NCBI GenBank assembly: GCA_964035545.1
Contig: OZ037767.1
Location: forward strand, 26,986,628-27,050,627
Length of the DNA stretch: 64,000 nt
Origin: Bugula neritina
Taxonomy: Eukaryota > Animalia > Bryozoa
Reading direction: 5' to 3'
A program made the position numbers and the translations under genes. Position 1 is the stretch's first letter. The number at the start of each line of letters is the position of its first letter. A model generated the notes under the pieces. It ran no database searches and was not told where the DNA came from. It saw nothing but the letters and a program-made list of their open reading frames with translations. Of the stretch, positions 49,401 through 62,400 are shown piece after piece.

Positions 49401-51882
49401 TTTAATTATATTTATAAAATTTTGAACTTTGGCATGTGACATTACTTCTTTTTCTTTTATTTAGTGTTGAATGACACAAAAGTGCCAAGGTTTAGTTTTT
49501 ATGCTAATTGAATAAATAATGACTATGACTCCTATAATACAAACAATTGTAATTATTTTAATGGTATATAAATGTTGATTTCAGTTAAAACTCCTTATAA
49601 AGCATGATTAAATTGGTCAATGTTTTACTATTTTTGTATTTCAGCATTTTTAAATATAAAAGCTGCTGTGACTTGCTTGGGGTTTAACAACTGGTTTAGT
49701 TTGGTGTTCTTGCATTGCAAGTCTTGTTTAAAATGCTTTACTGAAAAGTTTCGATATTTGAAATTCATACTCCTTATAACTGCCACAATCTTTGCCAAAA
49801 CTCATTAAGGCCATTATTTCATTGTTTTTGCTAAAAGCTATTAGATATTGCTAGCATGACTAAAGGTTTTTTTTAGTACTATACAGAAGTGATTTTAACC
49901 AAATATCTTTATTCTAATTTCTCCATAGCTGAATCTATTATACCAGTCTAACACAGCAAACGTTATGCTGGTCTAGCTCTTCATACATTCGAAGACCACA
50001 AATCTTCCTTTTTAATTTAGGTTTTCACTTGCAAAATTTAAAAGCTTGATGTGGGAAAGATTTATACTGTATGTTTTTTTTTATAGAAAGGGAGCAAAGC
50101 TAATAGATTAAATGCTGATGTATAAATTTTTTTCTTTGAATAAAATGATATGAACAACATTTCAACTTATAGGAAATGATTTCTCCTCATGCACTATAAG
50201 TTCTTAGATGTTAAATTAATATTATAACAGAGAGAGGCATTGCATTATTAATAACATAAATTGCTAATAATACTAGAACATATTGTTAAAACTACATGTA
50301 TGAACATTAATAATATTAGACTGTCACCTACCAAGTTGAGGTAGGATTGCCCAAAGAAAGCCATATACCCAGCATACTACTTGTGCTATGTAGACATGCG
50401 CTGTAATTTTCTTTTTATTAGCTACAGACCACTGGATATGCGTCATGGTGTACCATCTTTCCACTGAGATGGCACAGAGGTGTGCAATTGATGTTGTACC
50501 ACACCAAAACATTAACATGCCATGTGCCAAACAGCCTTCAATATTATCGTACATGAAATTAAAACTCACACTCCATTTCAGTACTTTTTAAATTATAAAT
50601 TGAAAAGTTATTGATGCCATGAGATCTAAAATTTCAAATACTATCATTTATAAAAAATTTATATTTAAAGCTATTTTTATAAAATGATACAAGAGAAATT
50701 CAGTTCATGTCATCAGGCGTCATGTCTAAATGTTAATATTCAAATACCTATAGCATGACGCAAGATTGAGTAATATTTCAACTGAGAAGAGTGGACTTAT
50801 ACTGTGTGTAAGTAATTAGTATAGTACTGTAAGTAGGTAACTAGTATAGTACTGTAAGTAAGTAGCTAGTGTAATACTGTATTTGTCAAAAACAACTAGT
50901 GTGGTCAAATTAAACAATATTATAAACCAGATAGAAAACACTGAATTTAGTAACAAAAGCTAATGTAATTATATAACTATAAGATAGAAAATATTGCTTA
51001 GAATAATATAGACCTACTCTAATAACTACATCTGCTTTATTAAAATTTTAATCGAAATCATGTGTTAAAATGATAAAAACTATTTTTGTGAGTTTAGAAA
51101 AGTAGACGTTGAGTGCCTACGGTGATAACAATAATAAAAATGCAAAAAACAATTTTCAAACAAAAATATTTTAGAAAAATAAGTATGATGAAAATTTACC
51201 CACCAGTTCTGGAGAACACCCATCTGTGGTAGAAACAGTTGACAGAGAACATGGTACCTCCCAAGGCAGCCATTACTCCGTCACTCACAGCTAGACTTCT
51301 TAGCAGATAGGTAACTCTTGACTGGATGTGGGTTTTGCTTGCTTTTGTAAACAACACTATTACACAGATATTGACAAAATCACCAACTGGTGTCAGCAGC
51401 CCCATCACTGATCCTAAAAGCAGCACCATAAGCTCAGTGTCAAATGTTCAGTTACTGCTAGTTTCAAAAACAAAATAGTTTGTGTCGAAACCTTTCCACA
51501 ATATAATATGTCTTGTACATATAATAAATTTGTCTTAAAAGTGAACTTTTAAAGAAAGAAATTATATATAAACTTTTGCCACTTTTTCAAATAAGATAAA
51601 TAATGTTCTTAATATGTAAGGTAATAACATGCATTTATGTTTTTAACAGGCCACTTTTTTAAAAAGTTTGAAAATTTTTGATAGAAATTGAAAATAATCT
51701 TTATTTAAATGTAGATATTGAAAACAGTTTTCAAAGTAATCAAAACATTATGCTAAATTGCAAGCATAGTGAATAAAATACTTACCCAGCACGTAATGTG
51801 CATAAAACTCTTCAGCGGTTATCTCTCCTTCTAGAGGGAAAGAATTAAAAGCAGAAGTAGAGTTATTGAATGAAGTAGACAT
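46449..51882 (-). CDS. Opsin, copy B (355 aa; K296, E181, H113, SAQ motif)
   Basis: Exons 51786-51882, 51204-51413, 50332-50535, 48966-49123, 48275-48359, 47305-47467, 46600-46718, 46449-46480, all the same lengths as in copy A. ECL2 YTVEGRVSCSIDW, TM7 FFAKLSFTLNPLLYVGMSAQYR. Confidence 0.92.
46909..47145. repeat. Compound (GT)n/TTTGGTGTGT microsatellite
   Basis: Directly visible in opsin B intron 6. Confidence 0.95.
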
Positions 51883-52120
51883 TGTTGGAGAGAAAACTAA
51901 AGTTATACAGTTTGTGTTTGAAAGCTCGTGTAGGTATGGATGTATTTGCAGAATGCAACAAGTATATATATGGTAACATGAATACAATACTTTGCCTTTT
52001 ACACGTGAAACACATGTATTATAACAATAAATTGAAACAGAAGACTTTTAGAGATCCCAGGCTATGTGATAAATCAATGCTGTCTATAAGAAGCAGATTC
52101 TAATATATTATTGGTAATGG

Positions 52121-52221
<101 letters not shown>

Positions 52222-52451
52222 CAGTACATATTTAGTTAATTAAAATTGTATGTAGCGATAGCAATATTTTATGCTGCATACATGATGAGCCATTTTGCAG
52301 CCATAATTTAGAAGCTCAGTTGAAGCTTTAGGTCATACGTGTAAAAGAGTAAGTACAATATAATGACATCTACAGTTACCTTTTTTATTAAGACTACAAG
52401 TTCATGTTTGTGCTTACAGCCTGCATTAGTATTTGAGATATCAAAGATATT

Positions 52452-52521
52452 GTGTGTTTGTGTGTGCGTGTGCGTGTGCGTGTGCGTGTGCGTGTGCGTG
52501 TGCGTGTGCGTGTGCGTGTGT
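52452..52521. repeat. (GTGCGT)n hexamer microsatellite
   Basis: Directly visible, next to the duplication breakpoint. Confidence 0.95.
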
Positions 52522-53079
52522 ATTTCATCATAGACATTTACACTGATTATAAAATAGATGAAAAAAGAAACGACAATAATTATCAAAAGAAAGCGTAACA
52601 AGGAAAAAAATTATTTTGAAGATGATGATGGGGCCCATTGTGAAAAGGCAAAGCCAGCAAGAACGCCAGCCCGAGTTGTTGACACTAACTGCTAGCATTT
52701 AGTATTTCTGGTAATGGTATAATATGGTAATGACAGTATTTTTAAAATCTCAACATTCAAACTAAACACTGACTTATCACTAGCCCATGCATTGTGCAAG
52801 TTAAGCTCATGTATTTACAAACATAAAATGCTATAGCTGGGCCTGCATGGCAAAATAATTAGAGTTATCTCAACTAGCTCAGTAATAAAGTAAAGTTTTG
52901 ATAATATTTGAAACTTTCTAAGAAACTTTGTATTTTTACAACACATTTATGTTGGTTAAAAGTTTGACCTATTTGCAGAATAACTTTTCATAAAAAGTTG
53001 AAACCAAATCATTTTTAATGACATCTATTTTTCTTGTCTTAATCATGTTTTAACTCCTAACCACAAGCAGCCAAGTTGT

Positions 53080-53231
53080 TTTATAAACAGCTACAGGTTG
53101 GGGGTGATTGAGTGCAGTTGTTTAAAGTTCTCAAGTTTGAAGCTGAGGTTTAATGAAACCTCCTTTTTTAAACTTAAAAGCTGCAAACTATTGCACTCAG
53201 TCATCCCCCCAACTTGAAGCTGCTTATAAAA
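53080..53231. mobile_element. Hairpin-like MITE (long imperfect inverted repeat)
   Basis: TTTATAAACAGCTACAGGTTGGGGGTGATTGAGTGCAGT ... ATTGCACTCAGTCATCCCCCCAACTTGAAGCTGCTTATAAA. Confidence 0.7.
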
Positions 53232-54017
53232 TAATTCAAGCAGCGTAGTATATTATAATATTTTCTTTTCGGTCTCTAACCCTTTGACCTCCAATTATGT
53301 ACAACTAAAAGCAATGAACCAGAAAATACTAGTTCAGTGACTAGAAGTTACATTATGCTCTCGCAAGAATTTCTACTCGCGCCCCAAACAAAAATGTAAA
53401 AATCAAATTGAAGAGCTCGGGTTATCATTATTTCTCTGCTACTGCTATCAGCGTGATCTATTAATTTTAACCCTTTGCTGCTCATAAGCGCGTAACAGCC
53501 TTAACTAGAAATATTTTCCATTTCATTGCTCATAAATAATAATATTATCTCTTCCAGTACTAATACTAATAGTAATGCTAATAGTAATAGTAATACCAGA
53601 TATTAGATTACTTATATTTTTAATTAACTTATAGTTATACTAGTCATATTCATAGTGATACTTATACTAGTGATACTACCAGTACTACTACTACTGTCTA
53701 CTAGTACTACTACTAGGGATACTATTAGTATTACTAGTCATAGTGATAATATTACTATTAGTAATAGTTGCTACTTAGTGAGTTAGAGTTAATAAATAAC
53801 TGTAAGTATTTAAATTAAAATTGAATTATTAATACACTAAATCTAATACTAATAGTAATAGTAATAGTAATACTGATGGTCATAGTGATAGTCGCACTCA
53901 TTGTAATTGTTGTTAGTTGTAAGCTTTTACTGTTCACTTTTTGTTAAACACAGGTAATGCTAAAAGTAAAAGACAAAAGTTGTAGAAAGGACTTTTCCAT
54001 GACTTGAACTAAATATT

Positions 54018-57000
54018 ATGGGATTTATTAGGAGAGCTAAAAGGTGGGGAAAGTTAATCTTTGCTGGAGGTCTATTCATCTTAATTATAGCATATTACAG
54101 GTTAGTTACTATGTAGCTGTTTCATTTCTATTTGCGTATGGTAAACTTAATGTAGATGAGTTAGTTTAAGATTGTGAGTCAAGTGATATGTGTCTTCTGA
54201 GTTTGTCATCTTTTCAAGTAAATGTTTGCAAGTACTAGTAGTGATTCTCAACTGTTTGTGCTTTACAGAACTATCTATCTTATTAAGTTCATAACTTTAT
54301 TGTGTTGATTGAATGATGAGCATTTCTATTGCATGTCTGTCATTTAATAGGGTTTATTTAATTTTAGCCTCCGTCCAGATATTGTTTCCACTGATACTGA
54401 TGACACTGCTTCTTTCACAAGCTATGGTAGGCTATGCATAAATTTCTAATTCTCAATGCTATCTGCATTGTATTGGCAGCTCTGTTGTATTTTGTTAAAA
54501 TTAATCTCTTAGACTCTAGATTTTTAAACTTCAACCGATGTCGTGAGTGACAGCATGAAAAAGGAGCAATAAGTATGTATAAAGATAAAAACAACTAACT
54601 GTGTATGAAGTGTTGTTTAACTCAAAGCAAATAATAGTTGAATACTCAGCTGCAAAAACTTGTTGGCTTGACTTTTCAATTTATCTCTATTGGATAAAGT
54701 TTGAATTTTCGAATTCAAATAATTTAAATCGTGGGTTCCTTGAATTATTCTTAGTCATGATTTCATTAATTATTTGTATGCAGTATTCTTGCAAAAGAAC
54801 CCAATTTCAACTATTATTTATAATCATTGTTGGTTTGTCATTAGTTTTCATTTCATCACACTTACTAAATTACAAAATGTCATATAGGTTATAAAATGTG
54901 TTTCATAGCCATTTATTTAAAAAAAAGAAGACAGTTATGTATAGTTTATGCAGCTTATGACATATTACATACCAATATCATACATGTTTCATTATTGTAG
55001 TTAATGGAAAAAAATGTGAAAAGCAGCTGAACTTTCACTTGACTAAAGTGGAGAAGACTGGTTCATCTACTTTGGCAGCCATTTTGTCTCGGTTTGTATT
55101 GCGACATGGCAAACAGAATTTGATGGTTATGACTATCGGAGGTCATTTAGATATAACAAAAGTTCAAGGTCAAATACCTGGTAATTGCTGCGTTGGTTTC
55201 TGATTTGGCTGCTGCTCTGGTTACTATTAGACCTGAAGTAGGGATATTTCTCCATTCACTTTACATTTAAATTTTTTATAGCTTTAGGCTGGGGGTTCTT
55301 CACATTAACCTGTGTTACTACTTGGATGTAATATCGCCACTTTACCCAATATTGCCTCTGCATTATAACTTCGATTACCTCTAACAGCATCATATCTGCT
55401 GTTTTTGAGTTGAAATATTGTGTTGTGATTTCTTTAAATTCTTTGTATTCTTTTGTAGCATTAAATAGGTTTTTATATTATAAGTTTACATTTCCTTTCT
55501 GTTTTCAGGTTGGGATATTGGTCCAGCGTCAAATAGAAAGGCACAGGTATTGGTTGATCATGCTAGGTTTAAGGAGAGTTTTATAGAAGAACATTTTGTA
55601 CCTGGAATTCAGCGCATCACCTTGGTACGGGAGCCTGTTTCATGGTTTCTGTCAGCCGTTAGATTTTGGAAACAGGTATATTCAGCAGTATATGCACAAT
55701 ACGCAAGTTATACAGCTAAAATCAGAGTAACGTTAAAAACACTCGTAATATACAGTACAACCATTTTGTGTCCTGTAATTGCTAGATAACTATTAGAGTG
55801 AAAGGCAGCTGTGGTTAAAGTGGCTGTCGTAGTGTTACACACATAGTAGGTTATCGGTTCAGATGCTTACAGAAAGGGAGGACGTTTAGTCATAATTGTT
55901 CTTGTGCTGCTTTGAAAGGCCCCCCCCCCATGCACTCATGGGGTTTTTCACAGAAATGGAGGCTTTATTTAAAATGATTTTAGTAGTGTTAGGTCTTAGT
56001 TTACATAAACCTCATTTTGTTACCCCCCTTCCCCAAGTAGTATCTTATGCAGCTATGCTTATCACTAGCTGGGGTGTTGAATATTCCTTTAGGATGCAAC
56101 TTCTGTGCTAAAAAACAACCTAAACATGGGTCTTCGAAATGACTATAGTGGGGTGGAAACTCTGTTTCACCTTTCACAACTGCAGTGGCTCGGCTTTAAC
56201 TATGCTCAGCGGAATGATCTAGAAAATATCAAGAAATATGTAGAATATATTGTCGGCAAGTAAGATTTTAATGTGCTTTCTTAGAACAACCAAATAAATA
56301 AAATCAGTTTGTTAATGTTTTGTTCAAATGAGTTATTACTGGCACCCTGGTATTTTTCCTACTAACAATTTCAATTTTTATCCCTAAATGACTAACCGGA
56401 ATTTTGCAAAATATGATTCACAGAGTGTAGCGTAATACTAAGGAGCTTTTGCCATATCTGTAAATAATGTGGTTTTGTACTTCTCAAAATTAAGTTATCA
56501 TTCCATGAAAATCTACAAGTAGGTGTATTGTAGTGAACAGTAAGCGTGCAACTTTTAACTAAACTTACAATACATTTCATAGTATAACCAGATAGAGGTA
56601 CTAAGTTTAAACTTGCATAATGCATTCAGCAGACACATACTCTTCAGTACTACGGAATTGTGTTTCCTGCTGCAGTTTTCTACATGCTATGTTCATTTAT
56701 AGAGTTGTGAGCTTTCTAACACACAGTTTTATTAGCACTCTTCTTGGACTTGACTCACATTCTAGGTTGTTCTATATGCTTAAAGCATTAATTTTAAATT
56801 AAAATTAATTAAAAGTCAGCTGTTAGGTTTTCAAAGTTGACTGTTTTATTTTTTGAAGGTGTTTTTTCGTTATCAAGTGTTCACAGGTACACTACATTTC
56901 CAGCTGCAGCCACAGTTGTGTATCTTGTGATTTGATTGGATGTCTGATGGTTTTCTAGAACTATAATATCTTTTTGGTGACAGCATATAATACAATACAA

Positions 57001-58558
57001 TATATAATGTAATACACAACTTTGTAACCAACTCAATAGCTCCTATATGCTTGCTGTGTCTGTAATGTTGTAATCTAGTATTATGTTTAACTTAGAGCTT
57101 CATGCTTTAGCATGGTTTCCACAACTTGGTGAAGTACATCTGTTAAACTACACATGTTTGATGTGTATCAGGTTGCACTCACAGCCTGAAGAGAGTTAAT
57201 GTTATCTTTAGGCGTATTATCTGTTGGTATATTTTCAAGTATAATATAAAAGTATATAAGTATGTATCAAGTATAAATTTAAGCATATGTTTAGTTTTAT
57301 GTTTAGGTTTGATATAATTTACCTGACTGATCAGTTCAATCCATCACTGATAATAATGAAGCGGAGGTTTTGCTGGGATCATGGAGATATATTTTACAAG
57401 TCTATGGAAGTTTATAGCAAGTCTCATCATTTGACACCAGTAGAAGAAGACAAGCTGTTGTCTTCAGATATGAATTTGGGTGATAAGCTACTATATGAAG
57501 CATTTAATAATTCTTGGTGGAAACAACCAGAAGTAAAAAATCCTGATTTTTGGCAAGAGGTTGGTTTGGTCTCAATTCCTATTCTATCAGTTACACTTCT
57601 TTCTCGCTATTCAGTTATCAAGAGCTTTTATATTGCAACAAACTAACAATTTAATTTAATATATACATGATTACTAGATGTTTGAATTTGAAACCTCGAA
57701 AAAGAGTTGGTCACCAATTTGCTATAAACTTGAAATTTGGTTAAAGTGAATACATTTCTTACTTATTGGTTTACTTGTTTATAGTTTGTGAACAAACATT
57801 ACATGCTATAGCCCTCAATGAATTGTGAACTACTGCAACCAGTTATGGGCTCTTCTTTTAGTTCTTACAATGAGGTCAATATTTTCATTCTGTTATATGA
57901 CTGTGTATGACATATGTTTTGGCCACACCATGTAGAATGCTTTCTAAAACTAAATTTGGCGCAAGATTTTCAGTTTTAGATTTTGTCCATAGAAACATAA
58001 TATTATACCGTAATATTAAACAGGTCAGTTGTTACAATATATTATATACGTATTATAGAGCTAACCACTGGGCAAGCAGAAGATGCTTTTTCACAACAGC
58101 ACTTTTTGCTCTTTGTGATAATTATATACATGTATTGTTGAGCATAGTTAATATAAGCCATGACCCCACTTGGCCTTTATCCTTTTCTCTGCAATGTTTT
58201 TGTTTTTTTTTTCACAGGAAACTCTGCAGTTTAACAATTAGCTGTCAGATTTCTTTGGAATGTGATCTGTTGAATGAGATTTCACTTATTCTTGCAGGTT
58301 AAACATTTTCAGAAAATTAATCAGCTACAAGCTGAGAAATGCAGAGTGATTTTGAGGTCAGGCAAGAAAACTTACAGTTATACAATAGAGGCTTCAAAAT
58401 GGAGTCCAGCGATTCAATTGACCTATGACAGGTGTGACCTACTTACTATGAACAAATATCCTCTCATGAAAATGCTATCCCAGTATGCATTGGGCTACAA
58501 ATATTACATTTATCAAGTGTATCATTACTTGACTGCCAAAGTTTCTAATCTCTTCTAG
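54018..58558 (+). CDS. Galactose-3-O-sulfotransferase-like (GAL3ST family) type II Golgi membrane protein, ~416 aa
   Basis: Exons 54018-54100 (basic tail + TM, MGFIRRAKRWGKLIFAGGLFILIIAYY), 54368-54426, 54513-54542 (tentative), 55001-55180 (5'-PSB-like KVEKTGSST), 55509-55726 (DHARF; 3'-PB ITLVREP..FLS), 56093-56259, 57307-57559 (FDIIYLTDQFNPSLIIMKRRFCWD-GDIFY; D-LLYEAFN), 58298-58558. Confidence 0.88.
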
Positions 58559-59434
58559 TCACAGGATACACTAGTTCTAAGTATTGAGCCTTTTTTGTTC
58601 TATTGTTGACTTCTTTTGGAGTTATCTGCTCATGCCTATTGCAAATATTCTATACTATACACCACTGAACTGAAACCGATTATAGTTCAATGCTATACAC
58701 TATACATAAGTCCAAAGATAAATTCTGTGCCATTCAAATTTCTTTACTCTTCAAATAATATGTTTAGCTGTATAATTCATAGCTTAAGTTTTATTATATT
58801 GTTGTGATACTATGGCATTTTAAATTTCTGTTATTGCCTTTTCAGCCTATACAATTAATTAGATTGCTTAATTTATTATTGTTTACGGCAAATAAACTAA
58901 ACTTAAAAACTATGCAAAATACTAACGTTAAAAGGATTTTTTTTCTAGATATTATTTATTTTACAATTTTTTCCACCTATCTCAGCTTTGTTCTGTTGGG
59001 TAGCGGATTATTTATTTTACAATGGCTACACTATATTGAGACTTTTTGGGCATAATATTCAAGTGTTGCAAATTTAATTTTCAAAATAAATTTATATTTG
59101 AATACTTATTGTAGAGTGAGCAAATGAAACCTTAAAAACAAACAGAATACTCTTAGCAATATCAAAATAAAAACAGAAACGTAAATTACAATAAAAACAT
59201 TAATGTGAATAAATCATTTCCCCTAAAGCTATCGGCTGAAACAGAGTTCTACAATCTCAGTAAGTTACAAAATATAAAAATAAATGGTTATTCACTGTTC
59301 TAACATGAACAGAAACAGTGAAGGACATTAAATATTAAACAATAATATATTAAACACAGTGTATGGTGCAAGTGTGCACATTATTAACAATAAAAGGCTT
59401 ACAGCAAGCTACAGCCTACTTATTAGAATAAATA

Positions 59435-62400
59435 CTAGATATAGTAAGATTCAGTTTGACTAATAATGAGTTGACGCAGGTTTTGGGTAGTGCCAACTAC
59501 AGTTTGTGTGCCAGATCTCATGAATATGCGGTTATCAGACTTGAGTGTGTATCCAGTATCACTCGCACTGGACTGGATAGCAATTTCTACAACAGGCGCC
59601 CCACTTTATCCAGTAAACACCATAAAGCATCCAATATTAAGGAACAAAAATTATTTATTTATTGACAGCATTAATTCATTTATAAATTTAGATAACAATT
59701 CAACTAAACAGCTAACTCAAATCAATATTAACTAATTGTTGCCAAGTCCTATCCAATATCCATGAGATGGTTTTTAAAACTAAATTTACTATCATCACAA
59801 CTTTAAAATAATGTACACTAGTGGTGAATATCTTTTATATATGTGAACAGATAAAAAGTCATCATTACATATCAATACACACGCGCACACACATTTTACT
59901 CACCCACAACATATCTGTTTGGGATGTAACAGCGTAAAGCATCATTATCTGCTTCATCAGGACAGCAGATGGGTATGAAGTATAGCGTAGGCATGTTGCA
60001 AGTAAGAGCTGGTTGAATGTCTTGACATATTCTATCTAAACCTAACCTCAGCTGGTCTCTCTTCTCTCTGTACATAAGTATGACGTAATATCATATTTAT
60101 ATCTGATTATCAACTCAAAAATGTGCAGAACTAGTTTAGTTACTATCAGAGCTTGAAAGAGCAAATGAAAAACATATTTATGAGTGAATGAATAATTAAG
60201 TATTGAGTGTTGTCTGCTCATGTAAATGGTAAAATATTTGCTGGGAGTTCTTAGAAATATTTGATAGGAAGAGCAACTTTGCTTCAGTTTATCAAACTTG
60301 TCCAATAAAAACATTGGTGGATTAAATGTCTCCTGTATTCATAATTAGTGAGTAGCCTTACGGAAGATTTAGACCTCCTGGATCTCTTAGCACCCGGATA
60401 TAAAATACAGGACACCTGAATTTAAGTAGCACTCATATGAGAGGCCAACTCCTACATCTTTCATATAAAGCAGCTGGCAATCATATTTTAAACAAGCTGC
60501 TCGATCCAAGAGGTAGGTCTAGGAGCCAGGTAGAAATTATCACAGTATATTCAGTGTTACTAACTAACCTGCTAACGCCTACACCAGCAACTATACCATC
60601 GGAATTTATACCATAAACAAGATGACCTTCGATCCCTACAGTAGATACAAGTATATAATTATATTAACTTTATTGTCATGGCTTTAATCTAAAATGCAAC
60701 ATCAGCCATTGAAAATACACGATATCTCGGCACCAAATCATAATAGAGAATCACAACTTGTATTGCCAAGAGCCAAGAGATATAACACACATTTTTGTCT
60801 CAGTGGATATAAAAATATTATATTATGAGGAAAAAAATATTATTTCTAACTCTCTTATTTATTTTTGCATTTCGATATATTTAGGAAGCTACTTGTCAAC
60901 TAAAATATAGCCTCTTATGCATTACGTCTGTAAATGGATGATTTGACCTTAACATCAAGTATGAGGTGCATAGATAAAATTACTTCTTTCAAATGAAGGG
61001 TCACCCCTCTCACATTAGACATGAGTCGGCAATATCTAAGGCTACACTGTAGCAATTAGCAAGAAACTAACCTGCATTAAGAAAGCCCATCAGTTCCTTC
61101 TGCACACTCACACAGTTCATGCAAGTATCCAGTTCATACACGGAGTAATTATCTGATGTCTTCAGAGTTGTTCGCTCACCTAGACACAATTGCCCATAAC
61201 ATAGCTTAGAATAGCCCGAGATCATACATTCAACTGCAAGTTTGGAAATAGGATTTATTCAGCGAGATGAATCAACAAGATTATCTAATTATAAGTTTAG
61301 TTGAAAACTGTTACTCTGCTTGAATTTAAGTGATATCTCAACTGTGAACTATAACTTCCTAATAGAAATTATAGTTCAATGATCTCAACTGAGAAACTAC
61401 AATAAACTATTACCTAACTTGTAGAAGTCCTTGTGCGAAGAGTTTCTAGTAACTACAGATTGTTGAGAAGCCTGGCCACCATGACAATCCTGAGTGAAAA
61501 CAAACATGAAGTGAACTGCCCTGTTACTCTGCTGGAAACTTACAGCTGAGCTAATCAAGTTAAACAAATTGCTGCAGATAACAAGTCAATTCCAATCACA
61601 CTAATATATGATATACAAATTAACTTTACCAAAACATTTTACTATTTTGCCTATAATCTCCTGTTTGAAGCTACTTTGACTAACAGTAAAATTCAGCAAC
61701 AAACTGTATAATAAAAAATTTTCCAAGAAGTAAAATGCTTAATCAACAAGAATGGCAAGCACAAAATACTATGCAGTGAAAGATTGTAGTCACTGCGTTT
61801 CTAAGTTTCAAATTATGCTAATGGATTTTCATTTGATGTTTGAAAGCAGTTGCACCGAATGAAACTCCAAGCGCGCGAACCGAAACGGGAGATTCATTTG
61901 CACGAGCATCAATTGGTATAATGTGAAGGAATGGAAACGCAGTGAGTATAACTGATGAATGATAAGCAAGTAAAATAACAAATTTTAGTACATGTTACAT
62001 CAGTGTAACTGTGGCAACAGATTAGCAACTATGACCTATGTAATACATATAGCTAAGCATGCAAAGGTTATCTGGTAACACCTGTATTTTAAGTTCCTCA
62101 AGATCTATTTGGCGGTGTTTGCAACCTGATTGACTGGTTCTTGTTCTTTCCTCTGTCTCCAGAGAAGAGTTAGAAGTGAGAGCTACTCCCTTGGAATAGT
62201 TAGAGTTGAGGTTGGAAGTTTTCACATCTGTAGGTTTAGAAGTCGGGGGAGAGGCTAGTGATGATCTGAAGAAGTAGAGAAACGTACACGCTACTTATAT
62301 AACACAGTAATAAGAGTAATTTATATTGAGAATAACAGTGCTCTTAGTATAATTAACACTACGTAGCCCCATAGAAAGAAGGGAATGTTACTCTGACTTA

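Noticed and set aside
54313-54429. Alternative hydrophobic N-terminus MMSISIACL... for the sulfotransferase
   Set aside because: Wrong phase for joining downstream exons; the 54018 start gives a standard type II anchor and a continuous frame.
60362-60520. Possible extra exon within the Schlafen domain
   Set aside because: The longer version has stops. A 54-nt version is frame-neutral but would interrupt the AlbA_2 alignment, which is continuous from 60569 to 60067.
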